Shown piece by piece: positions 27,918 to 42,640 of a stretch of 64,000 bases of DNA; position 1 is the first letter of the stretch, and each line of letters opens with the position of its first letter. Source of the stretch: Octopus vulgaris (lineage: Eukaryota); the NCBI GenBank assembly GCA_951406725.2, contig OX597817.1, forward strand, positions 21,018,001-21,082,000, in the 5' to 3' direction. Both the position numbers and the translations under genes were made by a program. The notes beneath the pieces were generated by a model that saw nothing but the letters and a program-made list of their open reading frames with translations, was not told the DNA's origin and made no database searches.

Positions 27918-30267
27918 CAAGCCAAACTCTCATTAAGTATTAGACTATTTAAAACCCCGCTCATTGAAGAACTGGACATATTTACAACTGCCAAATGTCG
28001 GGAATTCTTCAGCGTTTCAATTATTAAAAATTACTGACCATGGCTGAAAAGGCTATAGAAATATTAATAATATGACTCACCATTTACTGAGCATTCTGAT
28101 GATTCTTTTCAATATTTATAAATGAGTGGGATATCTGTTTTTTTAATTTCATTAATTACACTATAATTGTGGGTGTAGTAATTTCTAAGTACTTAATTTC
28201 ATCTTCACTTAGACTTCTTCACCTTCCCTTATGTGAGTATGTATGTATGTCTTGGATGTCTGTTACCTTTTCAATTTAATACATGCGCAAACCCGCGCAT
28301 ACAGGTGTGTTCATGTGCACCTGTGCCCAAACTACCACACGTTTCTTTCCCTGTTCTGTTACCCTGTTTATATATTTACTCCGTAAATACAACATATTTC
28401 AAAAGGATATTGTAAAAATTTAGGAACACTTCTTTATTCCCTTGAGATTTTTCATCAAGTTGTAAGTTTAATTATACATGATAATTTTGCACCCCAAACA
28501 GTTTGAAAGTAACATTTCTTATTCATCCTTTTTGACTACATCTTGGTAAGTAAGCCACACTAAACCATTATATATTACACGGTGAAACCTTCGTTTCATG
28601 GCTAAATATGATAACATTTGCTCACACAGAAACTGCACACAACTAAACATCCTATATTCGCAGGCGACTTACATATTTCATAGCTATTTTGCAGACCATC
28701 ATATGAAGTGTTAAGGGGAAAATCTTTCACATGATCTTCAAGGCCGGTTGTCATATGACATTAACATGGACGGCCATAGCAATGTTGGCAACACAACTGA
28801 GAAAGACGGTGGAAGCAATCTGCGCTGAGACTTACATTTTGCCAACGATATATGAAGATATTATGTTACTCTCTTGTATGTTTGCTACACTGCAAGAAAT
28901 TTGACTTGTATAGTTGGATATTACAGAGTGGTAAATATGCCAATTGTTTCGAGAGAATGGAATATATTGTGAAGAAAATTTTGTATAAGAAACGGCCTCT
29001 TATCAAATTTAGATTCACAAATTGTATCTGAAAATGTCAATTAAATTCGGTTTGTATGGAGTTCTATGCGATATTGCAGGTAGATATTCGCTGAAAAAGT
29101 ATTATATTTTGGAACAATGGAATATGGCTAATGGATGAGTGTAAACGAACATTTACGTCCCACGATATAGTTATCCTTAGTGAGACATTCGATACGGCCT
29201 GTTGCATTTTTTCAGTATATCAGTAAGTTAGACAAAAACGAGTCTGTCAAAAGGACACGTATATATGGTTTTGAGTTTACACAATACATTTTTGTGGCGG
29301 CGTTGAAGTTATTTAGATCATATCGTAAGATATCTTGAAAGTTTATGTTCAAGTAACAATATGGCTTCCCTTTCCATATTACATTGAAGAGTTGTCGCTG
29401 TGTGACTTGAAATTTATCCATTTCGGCTCTTTTCTCATTACTGTTAAGGATGATACCGATGAACATTTCATTATGTCATTGTCTGAGGATACGCACTTGG
29501 TTGAGAATGCAAGACAAGGTCACCAATATGTATAGAGACACAAGTTCGTTATAAATATCTGCATCACGAATATATACTGTCAGAAAATAAAAAAAAATTA
29601 AATAGCATTCAAATGATTGTATTAAAGAACGGCATCCTCTTACAAAGAAAAGACCATAAGAACATCATACCTTCGGACAAATAATTATGAACATCGATGA
29701 AAAGTACGCCGATCAGAGATATTTATTGATGACAACCTGAAATACTTGGTCACTTACTATTTTTACGAACCGAGTACCACGTGTGTAAAAGTACGGCAAC
29801 ATAGATTTCATTGCAATCTTCGTTTATAACATTATATGTGGCCGATCCGGCAATCACCACGGCTTTCCGCTGGACAGATTAGGCATTGTTGTGTAGTAAT
29901 ACAATAACATAAGCCCGGATGAATCCACGAGAATTACGGTTTTGTATACTTTAGAACCACTTGAGAGAGATAACACTGAAGTTCTGCTGCATTAAATATC
30001 AATGGATTTAAATTCTTAATTTTAATCGCATCGTGTGCAGGCTAACATGGCAAACATAATTTTAGGAGTGCTTTATTTGTCTGCGACTCGCATCGAACAG
30101 GAAATTGCATTTACAGACTTAAGAGAAGCGTAGGTGAATGCATGACTAGGCGCTTCATGGAGCATTCTAATTGTATTTGGGTGGTTAGTTCTTTAACTCT
30201 TCAATGTTCTGTTTGTTGTCTCGTATGTGCATCTGAATAACTGCGTACATGGACATATATATATATG

Positions 30268-30312
<45 letters not shown>

Positions 30313-30331
30313 GTGTGTGTGTGTGTGTATG

Positions 30332-30393
<62 letters not shown>

Positions 30394-30589
30394 TGATGTG
30401 TGTATGTATTCCTAGATATATAAATGCATGCTGCACAGACGAACACGCACACACACACATACACTATGTGTGAGTGAGCGTGGTGAGTCAGTATGTGGTG
30501 AGTATGTGTGTGTGCGTGCGTGCATGCGGAACAGAAACTACGCTATAAATTGCTTAATCCTAATTCATCTAGAAGGCTGAGGAATCATG

Positions 30590-30960
30590 AAAGAGCCATA
30601 AATCAACTTCCCAGAGATCTGAGAGCAATTAAGAGCGTAGGGTAGTTGAGCATGTCCACAGATATTAAAGTGGCCTTTGACAAAAAAGACGCCAAAATCA
30701 ATGTACAGCTATTTAAAAGATATATCGACCGCTGCTCTTTTCTGTGCCTATGATGGATCCACTTGGATCAGTGAAACTGAAGGTATTCAAATGAAGTGTA
30801 TAGAACATTGCTCAGACCATTTTCGCAAAATATCTAAAATAGAAAACGATATCATAGAAGGCCTACTGCAATGCCAAGATATTGAAGTAAAGATAATACT
30901 CCTAATATAACGTAAGATCGAAATTAACCTTTAACAGATCAATTCTGTGAAAAATTCCCT
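30590..30960 (+). mobile_element. Old RTE-clade LINE remnant
   Basis: IKVAFDKKDAK, SMYSYLKDI, AYDGSTWISETEGIQMKCIEHC resemble the RTE linker (DG.TL.....I..RW.EHF). Confidence 0.55.
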
Positions 30961-31459
30961 GATAAGTTTGGATTAACTTTCCACCCCAAGTAACCTCAAC
31001 GGCCATATTAATGCGATATTATCCTTCATCGGTTATTCACGCTATGAGTTTGCTAATTTACGGATGCCATCCTTAGCATAATTATTTCAATGGAAGTACC
31101 TCATATCCTGTTTGAGTTGCAAGTTCCCCTGTAATCTTTTTATAGATATTTCAGATATCAAACCTCTCTGCATGGACAAATTACTGTTTCTGTATATCAT
31201 ATTGCCTTTTCTACTACCCAGTTGCTCTGTTCGTATCCTGAACTCTTCATACACTAAGACACGGGCTACATCACCTTCAAGGTCTAAACCAATATATATT
31301 AGACATACTTCTAAATAATGATGACTACATCCTACTTCATGCATATTCTGTTTCATAAGGTTTCTTTCGCTAAATATCGGATTCAAATTCAGCTTCAAAA
31401 TTTACATTCAATTTCTACACATATGTATATATATACTAGTACACACACAAACACATATG

Positions 31460-31812
31460 CTAGAACTGGGCATGGTGTCAAGGACTCCGAATTTGCCATC
31501 ATGATGTAGGACAAGATACTGTGATAGCCTGGACTTCAAAGGACCACAGCTCTTCAATATCCTCCAGAAGAACCTGAGAGACCTGCATGGAGTGGATGCA
31601 GATGTCTTTAAAATAAAACTGGATCTCTTCCTGTCAGGTGTCAGAGATGAACCAACGTCACTGCAGGAGGTGTAGATGAGGGCAGCTGCATCGAACTCTC
31701 TCAGGCACCAAATGGCAATTGCTAAAAAGCATTCGTTAAGTAAAATCATGTAGCAACACCAAATGGCGGTGCCCCAGCATGGCCACAGCTCGTGAGCTGA
31801 CACTAGATAAAG
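31460..31812 (+). mobile_element. CR1 LINE 3' end
   Basis: RTRYCDSLDFKGPQLFNILQKNLRDLHGVDADVFKIKLDLFLSGVRDEP; tail ggcggtgccccagcatggccacagctcgtgagctgacac. Confidence 0.9.
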
Positions 31813-31939
31813 AAAAATATATATATATGAATGTATGTAGATATGTATATATGTGCGCATATTTGTGTGTGTGCCTGTTTGTGAAAAAATGAGAGGTAGC
31901 AAGGAATATATATATATATATATATATACAGAGACAGAA

Positions 31940-32070
31940 AGAGATGGTTGAATCATCAGAACGCCGAACGCGATGCTTCGTGTTATTTATTACTCCTGGG
32001 TCATTAGGTTCTTAGTTGAAATCCTGCCGAGATTAGCTTCATCTTTCATTCTTTTGGATAGGTATAACCT
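31940..32070 (+). mobile_element. Degenerate SINE family 2 5' part
   Basis: gaatcatcagaacgccgaacgcgatgcttcg...gttgaaatcctgccgag...ctttcattctttt. Confidence 0.6.
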
Positions 32071-32094
32071 TATACTAAACATTTTAAGCAATTC

Positions 32095-32222
32095 TTGTTG
32101 CTGTTGTTGTTGTTGTTGTTGTTGTTGTTCTTCTTCTTCTTCTTCTTCTTCTTCTTCTTCTTCTTCTTCTTCTATTATTAATATTATTATAATACTTATT
32201 ATTATTATTATCATTATTATTA
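32095..32222. repeat. (GTT)n/(CTT)n/(ATT)n microsatellite
   Basis: Directly visible. Confidence 0.95.
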
Positions 32223-32224
32223 TT

Positions 32225-33050
32225 ACTATTACTATTATGATTCAGTAGCCTTATTTTTATCACGTGCTTTTATTGCACTACCCAGTGCAGCTCTGTGTGC
32301 CTTAGGCATGTGCAGTGGTATGTTGCGGTGCTCTTATTTTTAGTATGCTGAAAGTGTTTTACGTAGGATTTGGGCGAGGCATAAGAGTACTATTTTCTGT
32401 ATGGTATATATACTTGTTAGTCATAGTGATTTGTTAAGTATTTGTCTGAATGTTTTTATAATTCCTAATGCGCTTACAATGATAGGAATTGTTGCTGTTT
32501 GTAGGCTTCACTTTGAAGTTATCTCTATTTCCAAACTTTTATATTTCGAATGTTTCTCCGTTTCTTTCAGAAAATTTTGTCAGACGTTATTGATACAACA
32601 ATTAGAAAGCATTTTATTTTTGTTGGTGATCTCTGACAAATATATGCGGCCTAATATAGTCTTGCACCTGATCACCTTGGATTGGGAAATCCAAGTGGAA
32701 TTTTTTAAGTCATTGACTCTCCCACTCAGTTTGCAGTTTGTGTCCATACCACGTCTTACCTCTTTCTAGCCACCACTTTTCGCACATTTTCCAATGTGAC
32801 AATTTCTCTACCTGGTCGTGTGGCCACAAATGGTAGTGGTTTTGAGCATGACTAGAACATTCGTTCGTGATATGGGCAATCGTTTCAAAAACTCTATTTG
32901 AGAAGCGGCACAGTGGAGACACTTGCTCATTCCTCAGGTTGACTCTCCAGTTCGTGGACAGGGCTTGGTTCCGCGCTGCCAGTATATTGCTCTCGTTCTC
33001 TTACATTTGTGCTCCTTTAATCAGCCGATCTCACAACTTCTCTTGTGGCT
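32225..33050 (-). mobile_element. R4/Dong-type retrotransposon 3' remnant
   Basis: ILAARNQAL, SPLCRF...ETIAHITNEC...HDQV...HW, EKHSKYKSLEIEI, IPIIVSALG, IQKIVLL; 3' end runs into (TAA)n on the minus strand. Confidence 0.85.
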
Positions 33051-33554
33051 ACGACATCATCATCATCATCATCGTCGTCGTCGTCATCATTATCATAATC
33101 ATCACCATCATCATCATCACCTTCATTAATATCATCATCATAGTTATTATCCTTGCCATGATTCCATTCATCCTTTTGAGGTCGATAGAGTAAGTATCAC
33201 CAGTTCACTGGGATCGATAGAACAATTATCAGGTGTGCATTAGGGGCAATATAATAGTCTAGCTCTCTACTCCAATCACCACGCCTTACACTTAGAGGAG
33301 AAATAATTATTACTTAGATAATCATAATATAAAACACCTAGGTGGAACACTTGATAGCACGTTGAAAGCTGTATTTTCTGATAATATCTCCGATATTTCA
33401 GGAGGTCGAATTTGGGTTTCATCGTTTAGGGGTCGATTGAAAAGAGTATATGTCATCTAGTGGTGTTGATATAATCAACTATAATCCACCCCACCAAAAC
33501 TGGTGTTCTCCCGCTAAAGTTTAAACGATTATCATTGGCTTCAAAATACATATG

Positions 33555-33588
<34 letters not shown>

Positions 33589-34240
33589 ATTATTACTATA
33601 ATAAAAAGGTGAAAAATATTGTGGAGACTTATCTTATCACAATATGACCATTGCAAATAGTTTAATACAAATATAATTTAAAGGAACATACATTAACGTA
33701 AAATGAAATGCAAGATGTTTCAATCTAGTCGCTATGTTAACCGTGCTTCTAAATATTTGAATTACGTTAATAGTTTTAGATGTAAAAAATAATAGCAAAG
33801 TGACTAAGTGTCTTCAGGGCTAGCTTATTCAAAAGGCTAATGCCTACATATTAGTCCCACAAGCATACAAGTTGGTGGTAAAGAGTTTTTTGTAGAAAAT
33901 GATTGAGGACTACATAGTCATATGTTGAAGATCCACGTGATAAAAACATTTGTTTATTAAAAATGTAAGAGGGAATGCCGATGGAGTAGTAGTGGAGGCA
34001 TTAGCTAAAAGGAACTTTCTAAAACAGCCTATTAATAAAACTGTTAAGTGTTTAGATGGACAATATACAACCATTAAGGGAATATATAGACGTCTGAGCG
34101 TTGTGAGAGGCATAATGTAATGTGGTTAACACATTGTGAAGAATTCTCCCAATACATCATTGATAACACTAGTTGACCTCTGGAATTTTATAATTTCTAA
34201 AGAGAACACTATATTCTGAACTGACTCTCTCTCTCTCTCT

Positions 34241-34277
<37 letters not shown>

Positions 34278-35424
34278 CGTTTACTGGAAAATCGTTTGAG
34301 TACACATATAAAAACACCTGTTTTATCATGTAAGAAGTGGTCTATTGATTCGAACCAGGAAGTACAGTTATATAGGATCGTACCGAGCTGTGAAGATACA
34401 ATCATCCCAGAAATGTGGGGTATGATAAAAAAAAAAAATTTAGGGAGTTTCATACAGGAATTTGGAAATACCGAGAAAATTAACAGCGGTATAAGTAGAC
34501 AGTTCTCTGCAAACAACTCTTTCTGTATAAAGCAGTATTTGAAAGCTGCACTGACCAGTTACCGGAACGTCGTACAGGTGAAAAACATACAGGTAAATAA
34601 TTGATAACGTCTGTCAAATTGCGCTTAGGACGTATGAACCTCTTAAGAAACATCTTGGAGACAGTGTAATATATATTTAACGAGAGTAATTGTAAAATAA
34701 ACTGTTTCTATAAAAGGAATTCAAACATGTGCGTTTGAAAATAATTCAATTTTTCATTTTCATATAATCTATTCTTTTTAGTTATGAGACTTTTTCTACG
34801 ATGGATTTCTTCATTTAACTTATTTAAAGCATATAATACTCTGCTAGATATCAAATTAGCTTGAAATATGACAAGGCACGAATACGGAAATTTTGTTTAG
34901 AATCAAATCATCTCAAATGAAAATATCGAATGCAATATTACTTTTCGCAGTTTAGTTCTTAAAACATCTCATACAGATTTTGATTTGATTTGAGAACGCA
35001 TATCTGATAATGATCATGTGACATTTATATATATGTGTGTGTGTGTGTGTGTCTACGTCTGTGTGTTCTAGACATAATTTCAGCGCAGACACGCACACAA
35101 ACACAAATATACTCTCAGACACTTGTACGTGAATACAGATAGATAGTATATATCATATGTAACCGGGTGTTAATGCATGCATACATACAAACATACATGC
35201 GTGCATACATACATACATACATACATACATACATACATACATACATACTTACATACATACATACATACAAACTTATATATAAAGATAAAATCGTACTGAA
35301 ACTTGGAAGTTAAATTAAGTAATTTTTTAAATTCTTCAGTTTATAGTTATGTGTTTTAGCATATAATTTAAACTAATAGCGAAAACTATATATATCTATA
35401 TATCTATCTATCTATCTATATATT

Positions 35425-35462
<38 letters not shown>

Positions 35463-35683
35463 TCATGATATACACATATATGATATATGTGTGTATATTT
35501 ATGCACACATAAATACATGTCTTTACGTAAGATTATTGTTCTGTAGTAAAAGTCTATTAAATTCTATCCCCGGGCTATTTGTAGTGTTATAGCCAAAACG
35601 AAATAATACATGGCCATATGATAACGCAATATATATATATATATATATATACATGCATATATATAAATGTGTGTGTGAGTGTG

Positions 35684-35726
<43 letters not shown>

Positions 35727-35934
35727 TTGTGTGTGTGTTGTGAAGAGGAGCACTAAGCATTTTCGATAATATTTCAACGCGCTTTCGTTCGTTTACAAAA
35801 TCGTCAAGACAAAATCCTGCAACTGTCCGTTATGGGTAGGATTCTGCGCATCTAATTGTGTTGCATCAATGTCTCTCCCTCATTCTCTCTCTCTCTTTCG
35901 CTCTCTCTCTCTCTCTCTCTATGTATATATATAT

Positions 35935-36789
35935 AAATTGCGGTGAATATATTGTCGTCTAAGTACGCAAAAAGTAAAATAACACTGATATCTCATTTGA
36001 AGAGATACATGTATCAAAATTACATACACATATATTCAAATACGAAAGAGTAAATTTATTCAATAAAATTGCTATTGTCTTCCATCAGGGCCTCCAGACG
36101 ACTTTGGAATCTCCTACAACTCTTCTAGATGGTCTCCTAGTATAAGTTCGGGAATGCTGCCATAATCTTTGCCCTTAGTTCATCTTTGGTGCTACAAGGA
36201 ATTTTTTTAATTTCTCGCATAACTGCAGCCTACACGTGATAATCAAGGGGGTTGTCATCTGGGGAGTTAGGTGGCCACTTATTAGGGGTGATGTGGTCGC
36301 AGAAATTATCTGACTGCCATGACTGGTTTCTCCTGCTTGCGTGGTATAATGCAGAGTCCGGTCGGCAGACATAGGTTGTTGCTGTAGCCACCCTCTGGAC
36401 CCAGTGCAGCACTACCCCTTCCAAGCATTTAATGTCCCGTGTGGGACAATGAATAGAGACATAACTTCACCATCACTAATGATCACTCCAAACACCATGT
36501 TTGATTCTTATCAATCTCGGTGCATGTCCTCAAATTGCACTGTCCTGAGATTCACACTCAAACACCCAGAAATGTTCGTATTGGAGCTTCCAGCGCGAAT
36601 GCCAAAGAATATTTCATCTAGTTTCCAAATTTCTGGCAGAGTGAATTGCCTCATGGTGCTGTTTATCTCAGAGATGGTCCCCAACTTGAACCTACTATAG
36701 TGTGTGTTGTGGACAAATCAAAAGCAAGTAACGCGCATGAGCGAAAATATAAATATAGAATGGTAACAATTTACACATGGCACCGTGTA
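35935..36789 (-). mobile_element. Tc1/mariner (maT/DD37D-like) transposon remnant
   Basis: DSALYHASRRNQSWQSDNFCDHITPNKWPPNSPDDNPLDYHV; decayed inverted ends. Confidence 0.85.
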
Positions 36790-36821
36790 TATACATATAT
36801 GTATGTATGTATGTATTTATA

Positions 36822-36908
<87 letters not shown>

Positions 36909-37051
36909 CCATTTGCATGGATGTAAGAATATTTTCTGTGACATACCTACTTACTTGCATGAAGCCATATGTGCGTGTATGTATATATATATATATTTGT
37001 GTGCGCGTGCATGTGTGTGTGTGTGTTTCTGTGTGTGGAAGGTAGAAATGT

Positions 37052-38070
37052 AACGTTCGAGTTGATATTCATAAAGAAGATAAGACAAAGTAGAAACTGA
37101 GAAAATAATCTTATCATTAAGTACATTTTACTACCGGCTCCGTCGTCTTAGACTTCTTCAACTAAGAATAAAATTTAACAAATAATTAAATTAGAGAAAA
37201 TAAAAATTAAGTGAAATGTTTTGTAGATATTTTCATAGTCTTTGAATAGGTAAATATTGCCATAGTTTTCAGGCAGTCCGTCCCTCTCACTATTCCATTA
37301 TGAATGCATCGTAGATAGGTAGGTAGGTAGGTAGGTAGTTAGTAGTAGAAACTTTGAGGGAAACGGTTTGGATACAGACAGTTGATGGTTTAAGAAGGAG
37401 CAACAGAGGGAGGAGAAATGGCAGAAGAACAGGATGAAGAAGATAAAGAGGAAGGAGAAGAAGAAAAGGAAAATAAGAAGGAGGGGGAGTTGAAGAAGTT
37501 GAAAGGGAAGGGATGTAGGAATAGGGTAAGAGGAGGAAGAGGGTGAAAGAAATGAAAAAATAAAAACATAGGAGTGCTGTGCCACAGTAAAATGTTCGTA
37601 GAATCTTTAATGGTCAAATGACCTAAAAGCGACCTGTATGGTCGTAGCAGTAGTGGTGTGAATGCTCAAAATTCTTGATGTAGTTCCATCTGTGATGGCG
37701 GAATTCGAATGAGGTTTATATTTTGTGATAATGTATGCTGCGTTGGTGATGCGCTGGCTATCAGTTGCATTGTCTCTGAATTTACTGAGGAGGAATTTGT
37801 GTTGTTCATTTGGCGCAAATATCGATGTGCTCGCTTAAATCTGCTTTTCTGTATTTTCGTATTTTAATTTGGGATGTATGTATCGTCTTCCTCTGATGTA
37901 AACTGTCTTTGGTTTCACCAATATGGGGTTCTTAACACCCTAAACAAGTTAATATATATATTAGGTTTTCCGAAGAACATGTGAATTTTTTTTTTAACCG
38001 TGAGACTTTGACCCTGTTTGAAAGAGAATTCCGATCCCTCACTTAGATGGACAGATATGTTTCTGAAATA
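37052..38070 (-). mobile_element. Second, older Penelope-like element homologous to 6833-8215
   Basis: HLSEGSEFSFKQGQSLTVK matches the 7666-8160 frame; same 3' layout (purine-rich tract, decayed HHR at 37129-37164, gagttgatat tail). Confidence 0.8.
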
Positions 38071-39942
38071 AACAGAGCATGGATTTGGTGTATTTTGTAT
38101 ATAATAAATTCCAAATTGTTTATGGCGTAATTCATGCAAAGTGTTGTGAAGCGAATGCAAAGACCATTATCTTATATTTTTTTGAGGCAGGGTAGGAATG
38201 TCTTCATCCGCGTATTTTGTGCATTCGACTAACAGACTGAAAAATTTTAAAGAACGTAAAATGTGTATAACGAACAACACACATGACCTATTCTCCTTCT
38301 TGACAAGAAATGCTGAAATTAAATTCAACCAATCATCGCCGTTTTCATTGACCTAAATATAGCCATCCACAATGTGTGTACATTCGCAGATACTCTCTTC
38401 AATTTTTCGCCATGATGTTTTGACTACAGATTAGACGACTTTTATGTTCTTCCAGACTTCCACTCATATATATAAAATATCCTTCCCGGCAAAATATATT
38501 TGTCAGAGACCTTTAACTCTTGCAGAGGCACGATACCTGGCCCCATATTTCTTTACCTTGCATTCGTCATTTTCAATGTCATGCCATAACCGTGTTTTTA
38601 GAACATGAACAGATGATGTACGGTTTCACACAAAAATAAGAGAGAAACGTACAAAGCGGACCCATTGAAGTGTGAACACCAAAGTACACCTCTCCCACAG
38701 TATTGCCCCTACAAGTATTATTTAAATCTTCTCTGACATAAATTCTATTTAGTTATCTCTCTGAATTTATTGTTGTTTGTTGAATTTTTTTAATACATAA
38801 GTGAATCAACAATAATTTCTCTCTCGTAAATTCTGATTGTCTACCTCACTGCCAGCCTGAATTTATTGTTATACCTTGACATTTACCTAAGTGAATCAAC
38901 AACAAGACTATACAGGAACAGCTTCGAAGTTTAATGTGAATCAATAAACGTTTGAGTATTTGAAAGAAGTCTATAGAAATTCGGTAAACAAACACGGCTA
39001 CATCCGCTACTACAGTGAATGCTACTGTTTTTACTCCACTAAATATTACTGCTGCTGCTGTTGTTGTTACTGTTACCGCTATTATTATTAATACTGCTGC
39101 TATTTCTGACATTGCTGCTGCTTCTGTTGTTTCTACTCCTACTCTCCTGTCACTGCCTCTGCGAATGTAAATACAAATACTATTACACCTGATGTAAAAA
39201 TAAAAAAGAATATGTAACTTGAAATAATTTTATTCCTCTGCTTCTAAAATAATACCCTAATACACGGCATAGGATGCTCCTTTATTATACGCGGTATGAA
39301 TATAGTAGTGCTCGATTTTATTCCATCACGAGACCTTGGACACATATCTAAGTACTTGGGTCTGATTTCTAGCTGCAGAGCATCTTGATATTTCAACGCT
39401 ACCTCAACGTAATGTCAAAATCTCGAATTAAACACTCTGGTCAATTAACCTTCTTGGTTCCCTTTAATTAACGACTCTCAAGAATGCCAACACATATACA
39501 GATTACACTTCTCTAACATACTTTCTCCAACATACAAAATCAGCTTTCAGTCTCGATACTACATGTCAAACACACGCAAGGGATATAAACAGAGAATTTA
39601 AAAGAATCCTCTGATAAACATATACACCAAAGTTATATCTGCCGAGGATAAGAAAGCACAAACACTATTTCTATTAAAGAGTCACTACAAAACGATGCAA
39701 CTCTTAATCACGAGCATCATGCAAGGAGAGACATCATAATCACTTCGAAAGATGGACTATATTAAAAGAGAGGATAATAATTCGAGAAGCATATCTTTAA
39801 CGTTCATGGGGCTGAATATCAACGATAGACTCTGCTAGTAAATGGTACGAAGTACCTCGGCCTCAAATATTTAAAACTGTGAAATTTAGGTGGTTCCTTA
39901 TTACCGTATTCTTCTTAGAGCTTCCACAAGTTTTGCACCCTA

Positions 39943-40113
39943 TTACTCTTTGACTCTTTTACTTCTTTCAGTCATCTGACTGCGGCCATGCTGGAGCACC
40001 ACGACTTATTCTTTGTAAGCCTAGTACTTATTCTATTGGTCTCTTTTACCGAACCGCTATGTCACGGGGACGTAAACACACCAGCATCGGTTTTCAAGCG
40101 ATGTTGGGGGGGA

Positions 40114-40192
<79 letters not shown>

Positions 40193-40309
40193 GATGGGCT
40201 TCTTTCAGTTTCTGTCTACCAAATCCAGTCACAAGGCTTTGGTCGGCCCGAGGCTATAGTAGAAAGGCACTCTCCCAAGTTGAGAGGCAGTGGGACTGAA
40301 CCAGGAACC
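39943..40309 (-). mobile_element. SINE family 1 copy
   Basis: Reverse-complement match to 1124-1531 (tail, core, box B). Confidence 0.88.
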
Positions 40310-41084
40310 TATATTGATATTTAATACATCCATAAATGGTTACCCAATTTTAGTCAGGAAATAATTCTGAGACAAGTTGCAGGCTATGGTCTATGAAGCA
40401 ATCTCATCTATCTCTCCCTTACATAATCTCTCCACCCCTTTTCTCTCTGTCTCTCTGGCATTCATACCACTGCTATCATGGTCTCAGTTCCGGGGACGTC
40501 CCGGAGTTGATGACTTGCAAAAGGTTAAGATGAATATGAATGATATCTCTCAGAGAGGTTCAGGAGAGCTTGCAAAGGACACAGGCACTGCTCGCATGTA
40601 CACAACCGGCAATATAATACGGTGCAGTTACTTCCACTCACGGGGTGGCTAACTGCACCAGATGATATATTGCTACACAGAAAACTGCTGTGACGCCATC
40701 TACATTTCTAGCATGAAGAAGACTAATGTGTAGTCCCGAGACGTTGTAACAATCATTTTTGTATGGACCCGTAGCTCAGCGTTAAGAGATAATTGACGAT
40801 TTCACATTAGCAACAGTTTCCAAGCACGAAGAGTCAATGATCTGTATTCAACGTCATTATTATTTACTGCGTTCTCTCTTTACTTCACATTCTCCAGCCC
40901 ACTCTCTGTAGACATACACGCGTATTAATACACGCACATACACACACACATATTCGCACACATACACGCACATACACACACACATATTCGCACACATACA
41001 CGCACATACATACATGCACAAACATATACTATAGAAAATAACTGTGGTTGAAAGTAGACATTGGAAGATTCATACTCTCATATG

Positions 41085-41121
<37 letters not shown>

Positions 41122-41497
41122 CGTTGCTAATATGCAAAAGTGTCGTAAGTCCAATACGTTGCTTTTACAGAAAACAAAAGATTAGTTACACCATTCTGTA
41201 GTAAAACCGTTGTGCTGCACTTCGACAGCTTTTGATATCTTGGCATGTGAATCAGCTTGAGGCACTATAGTTTGACCAAATGAAAAGCAAAAATGTTTGG
41301 CGTCGTAAGTTTAAGTATGACAGAGTTGAGTGAACATGTCAAGTGACGGTACCAAGCAATCATTGCTCTGAATGTTCCCTGACAAATGTTTGTAAAGAAT
41401 GAACACATGATTAAATTTAGCAGTCTTTGTACATTTCCTGACTTGGTGCCAGGTGGCAGTATAATTTGCATCTAAAATGCGGCTCTCTAAATTTAAT

Positions 41498-41780
41498 CTT
41501 TACTCTTATATATCTTTCAGTCATAAGGCTGCGGCCATGGTGGGGCACTACCTTGAGGTTCTCGTCGAAGTAAACGACTAAATCGTATATTCTTTAAACC
41601 CCGGTACTTATTCAATTGGCCACTTATTCAATTGGCCGAACCACTAGATTACGAGTGACGTAAACACACAAACACCAGTTATCAAGCGGTTTTGGTAGTT
41701 AAACGTAAACACAACGACACACACGCGCACACATACATATATAGAACGGTTTCTTTCAGTTTCTGTGTACCAAATTCATG
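41498..41780 (-). mobile_element. Diverged, 5'-truncated SINE family 1 copy
   Basis: ctttcagtcataaggctgcggccatgg...ttctttcagtttctgtgtaccaaattca; contains a 16-bp tandem duplication. Confidence 0.75.
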
Positions 41781-41909
41781 CCCGTATGATGGAGTGAGTG
41801 AGCTAATGTACATTATATAGATATTTGATTACTATAATTTAACCATTTGTGTAGGTCGTTCAGTAAAAGCTGACCGTTCATACGTCGCCTTCGACGGGAG
41901 AATCCATCA

Positions 41910-42640
41910 TAAACAGAGTAGCCCAGAAGTCACTGAGGGGTTTTAATTTTTAATACCACCTGTGTTTTTACAAATAGATGTATCGAATGGGAAGTCAATA
42001 TAGACCATTACATATGAAAAATGACTTCTTTTAAATGGTGTCCATTTTCTGCTTCACAATTTATGGGGTAAGCTTATTTTTTGGTGTAGTGCTCTCGGAT
42101 TCTCAGACCCCCAAACCGGCAATTGTTTTCTGTTGATGAAACGATTCAAATATAAGTTTGTGAAATTCCAAACTGTCTAGACCGCCTTCGAGTCGACGTG
42201 CCCGGATTCGGTTCAAATATCTGTCACACTCCTTCCCTTAACTCATCAGTTCTTGGAGTGCGAGGTCTCGCAGATCGTGGGAGATCACTTACTGCCCATT
42301 GTTTTCAAAACAACGAACCAAGTTCCTAATTGTGTTTTCACTTGGAACATCTTTCGCTTGAATGTGCCAACGATGCGCTCTCTGGAAAATAATTATATAT
42401 ATTTATTTATTTATTACATTAAGGGTTTTTACAATAAGTAATGCCATACGCTGGAAAGGGACCAAAAATCAAACTACTTTACCAAATATACACACTAGCT
42501 GAAGTCGAGGGAATGAACAAATAAAAAATTCTCTTAAATGCTTCAGTTACATATCGAAACTTATTTTTAATTGACAAATATAATTACGATCCTTATATTT
42601 AATTGATAAATATTAAACCGGAATATATACAGTGCTGAAT
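41910..42640 (-). mobile_element. Tc1/mariner-type transposase N-terminal HTH remnant
   Basis: VPSENTIRNLVRCFENNG..VSDLPRSARPRTPRTDE...NPGTSTRRRSRQFGISQT. Confidence 0.7.

Noticed and set aside
34296-34680. EMWGMIK resembling the Tc1 C-terminal motif
   Set aside because: Too degenerate; SPDLNPIE is not recognisable
39250-39900. Possible very old non-LTR RT remnant (KYLGL)
   Set aside because: Insufficient motifs to support a call
40765-40830. tRNA-like start ggacccgtagctcagcgttaagag
   Set aside because: No T-loop GTTCRA and no acceptor-stem complement
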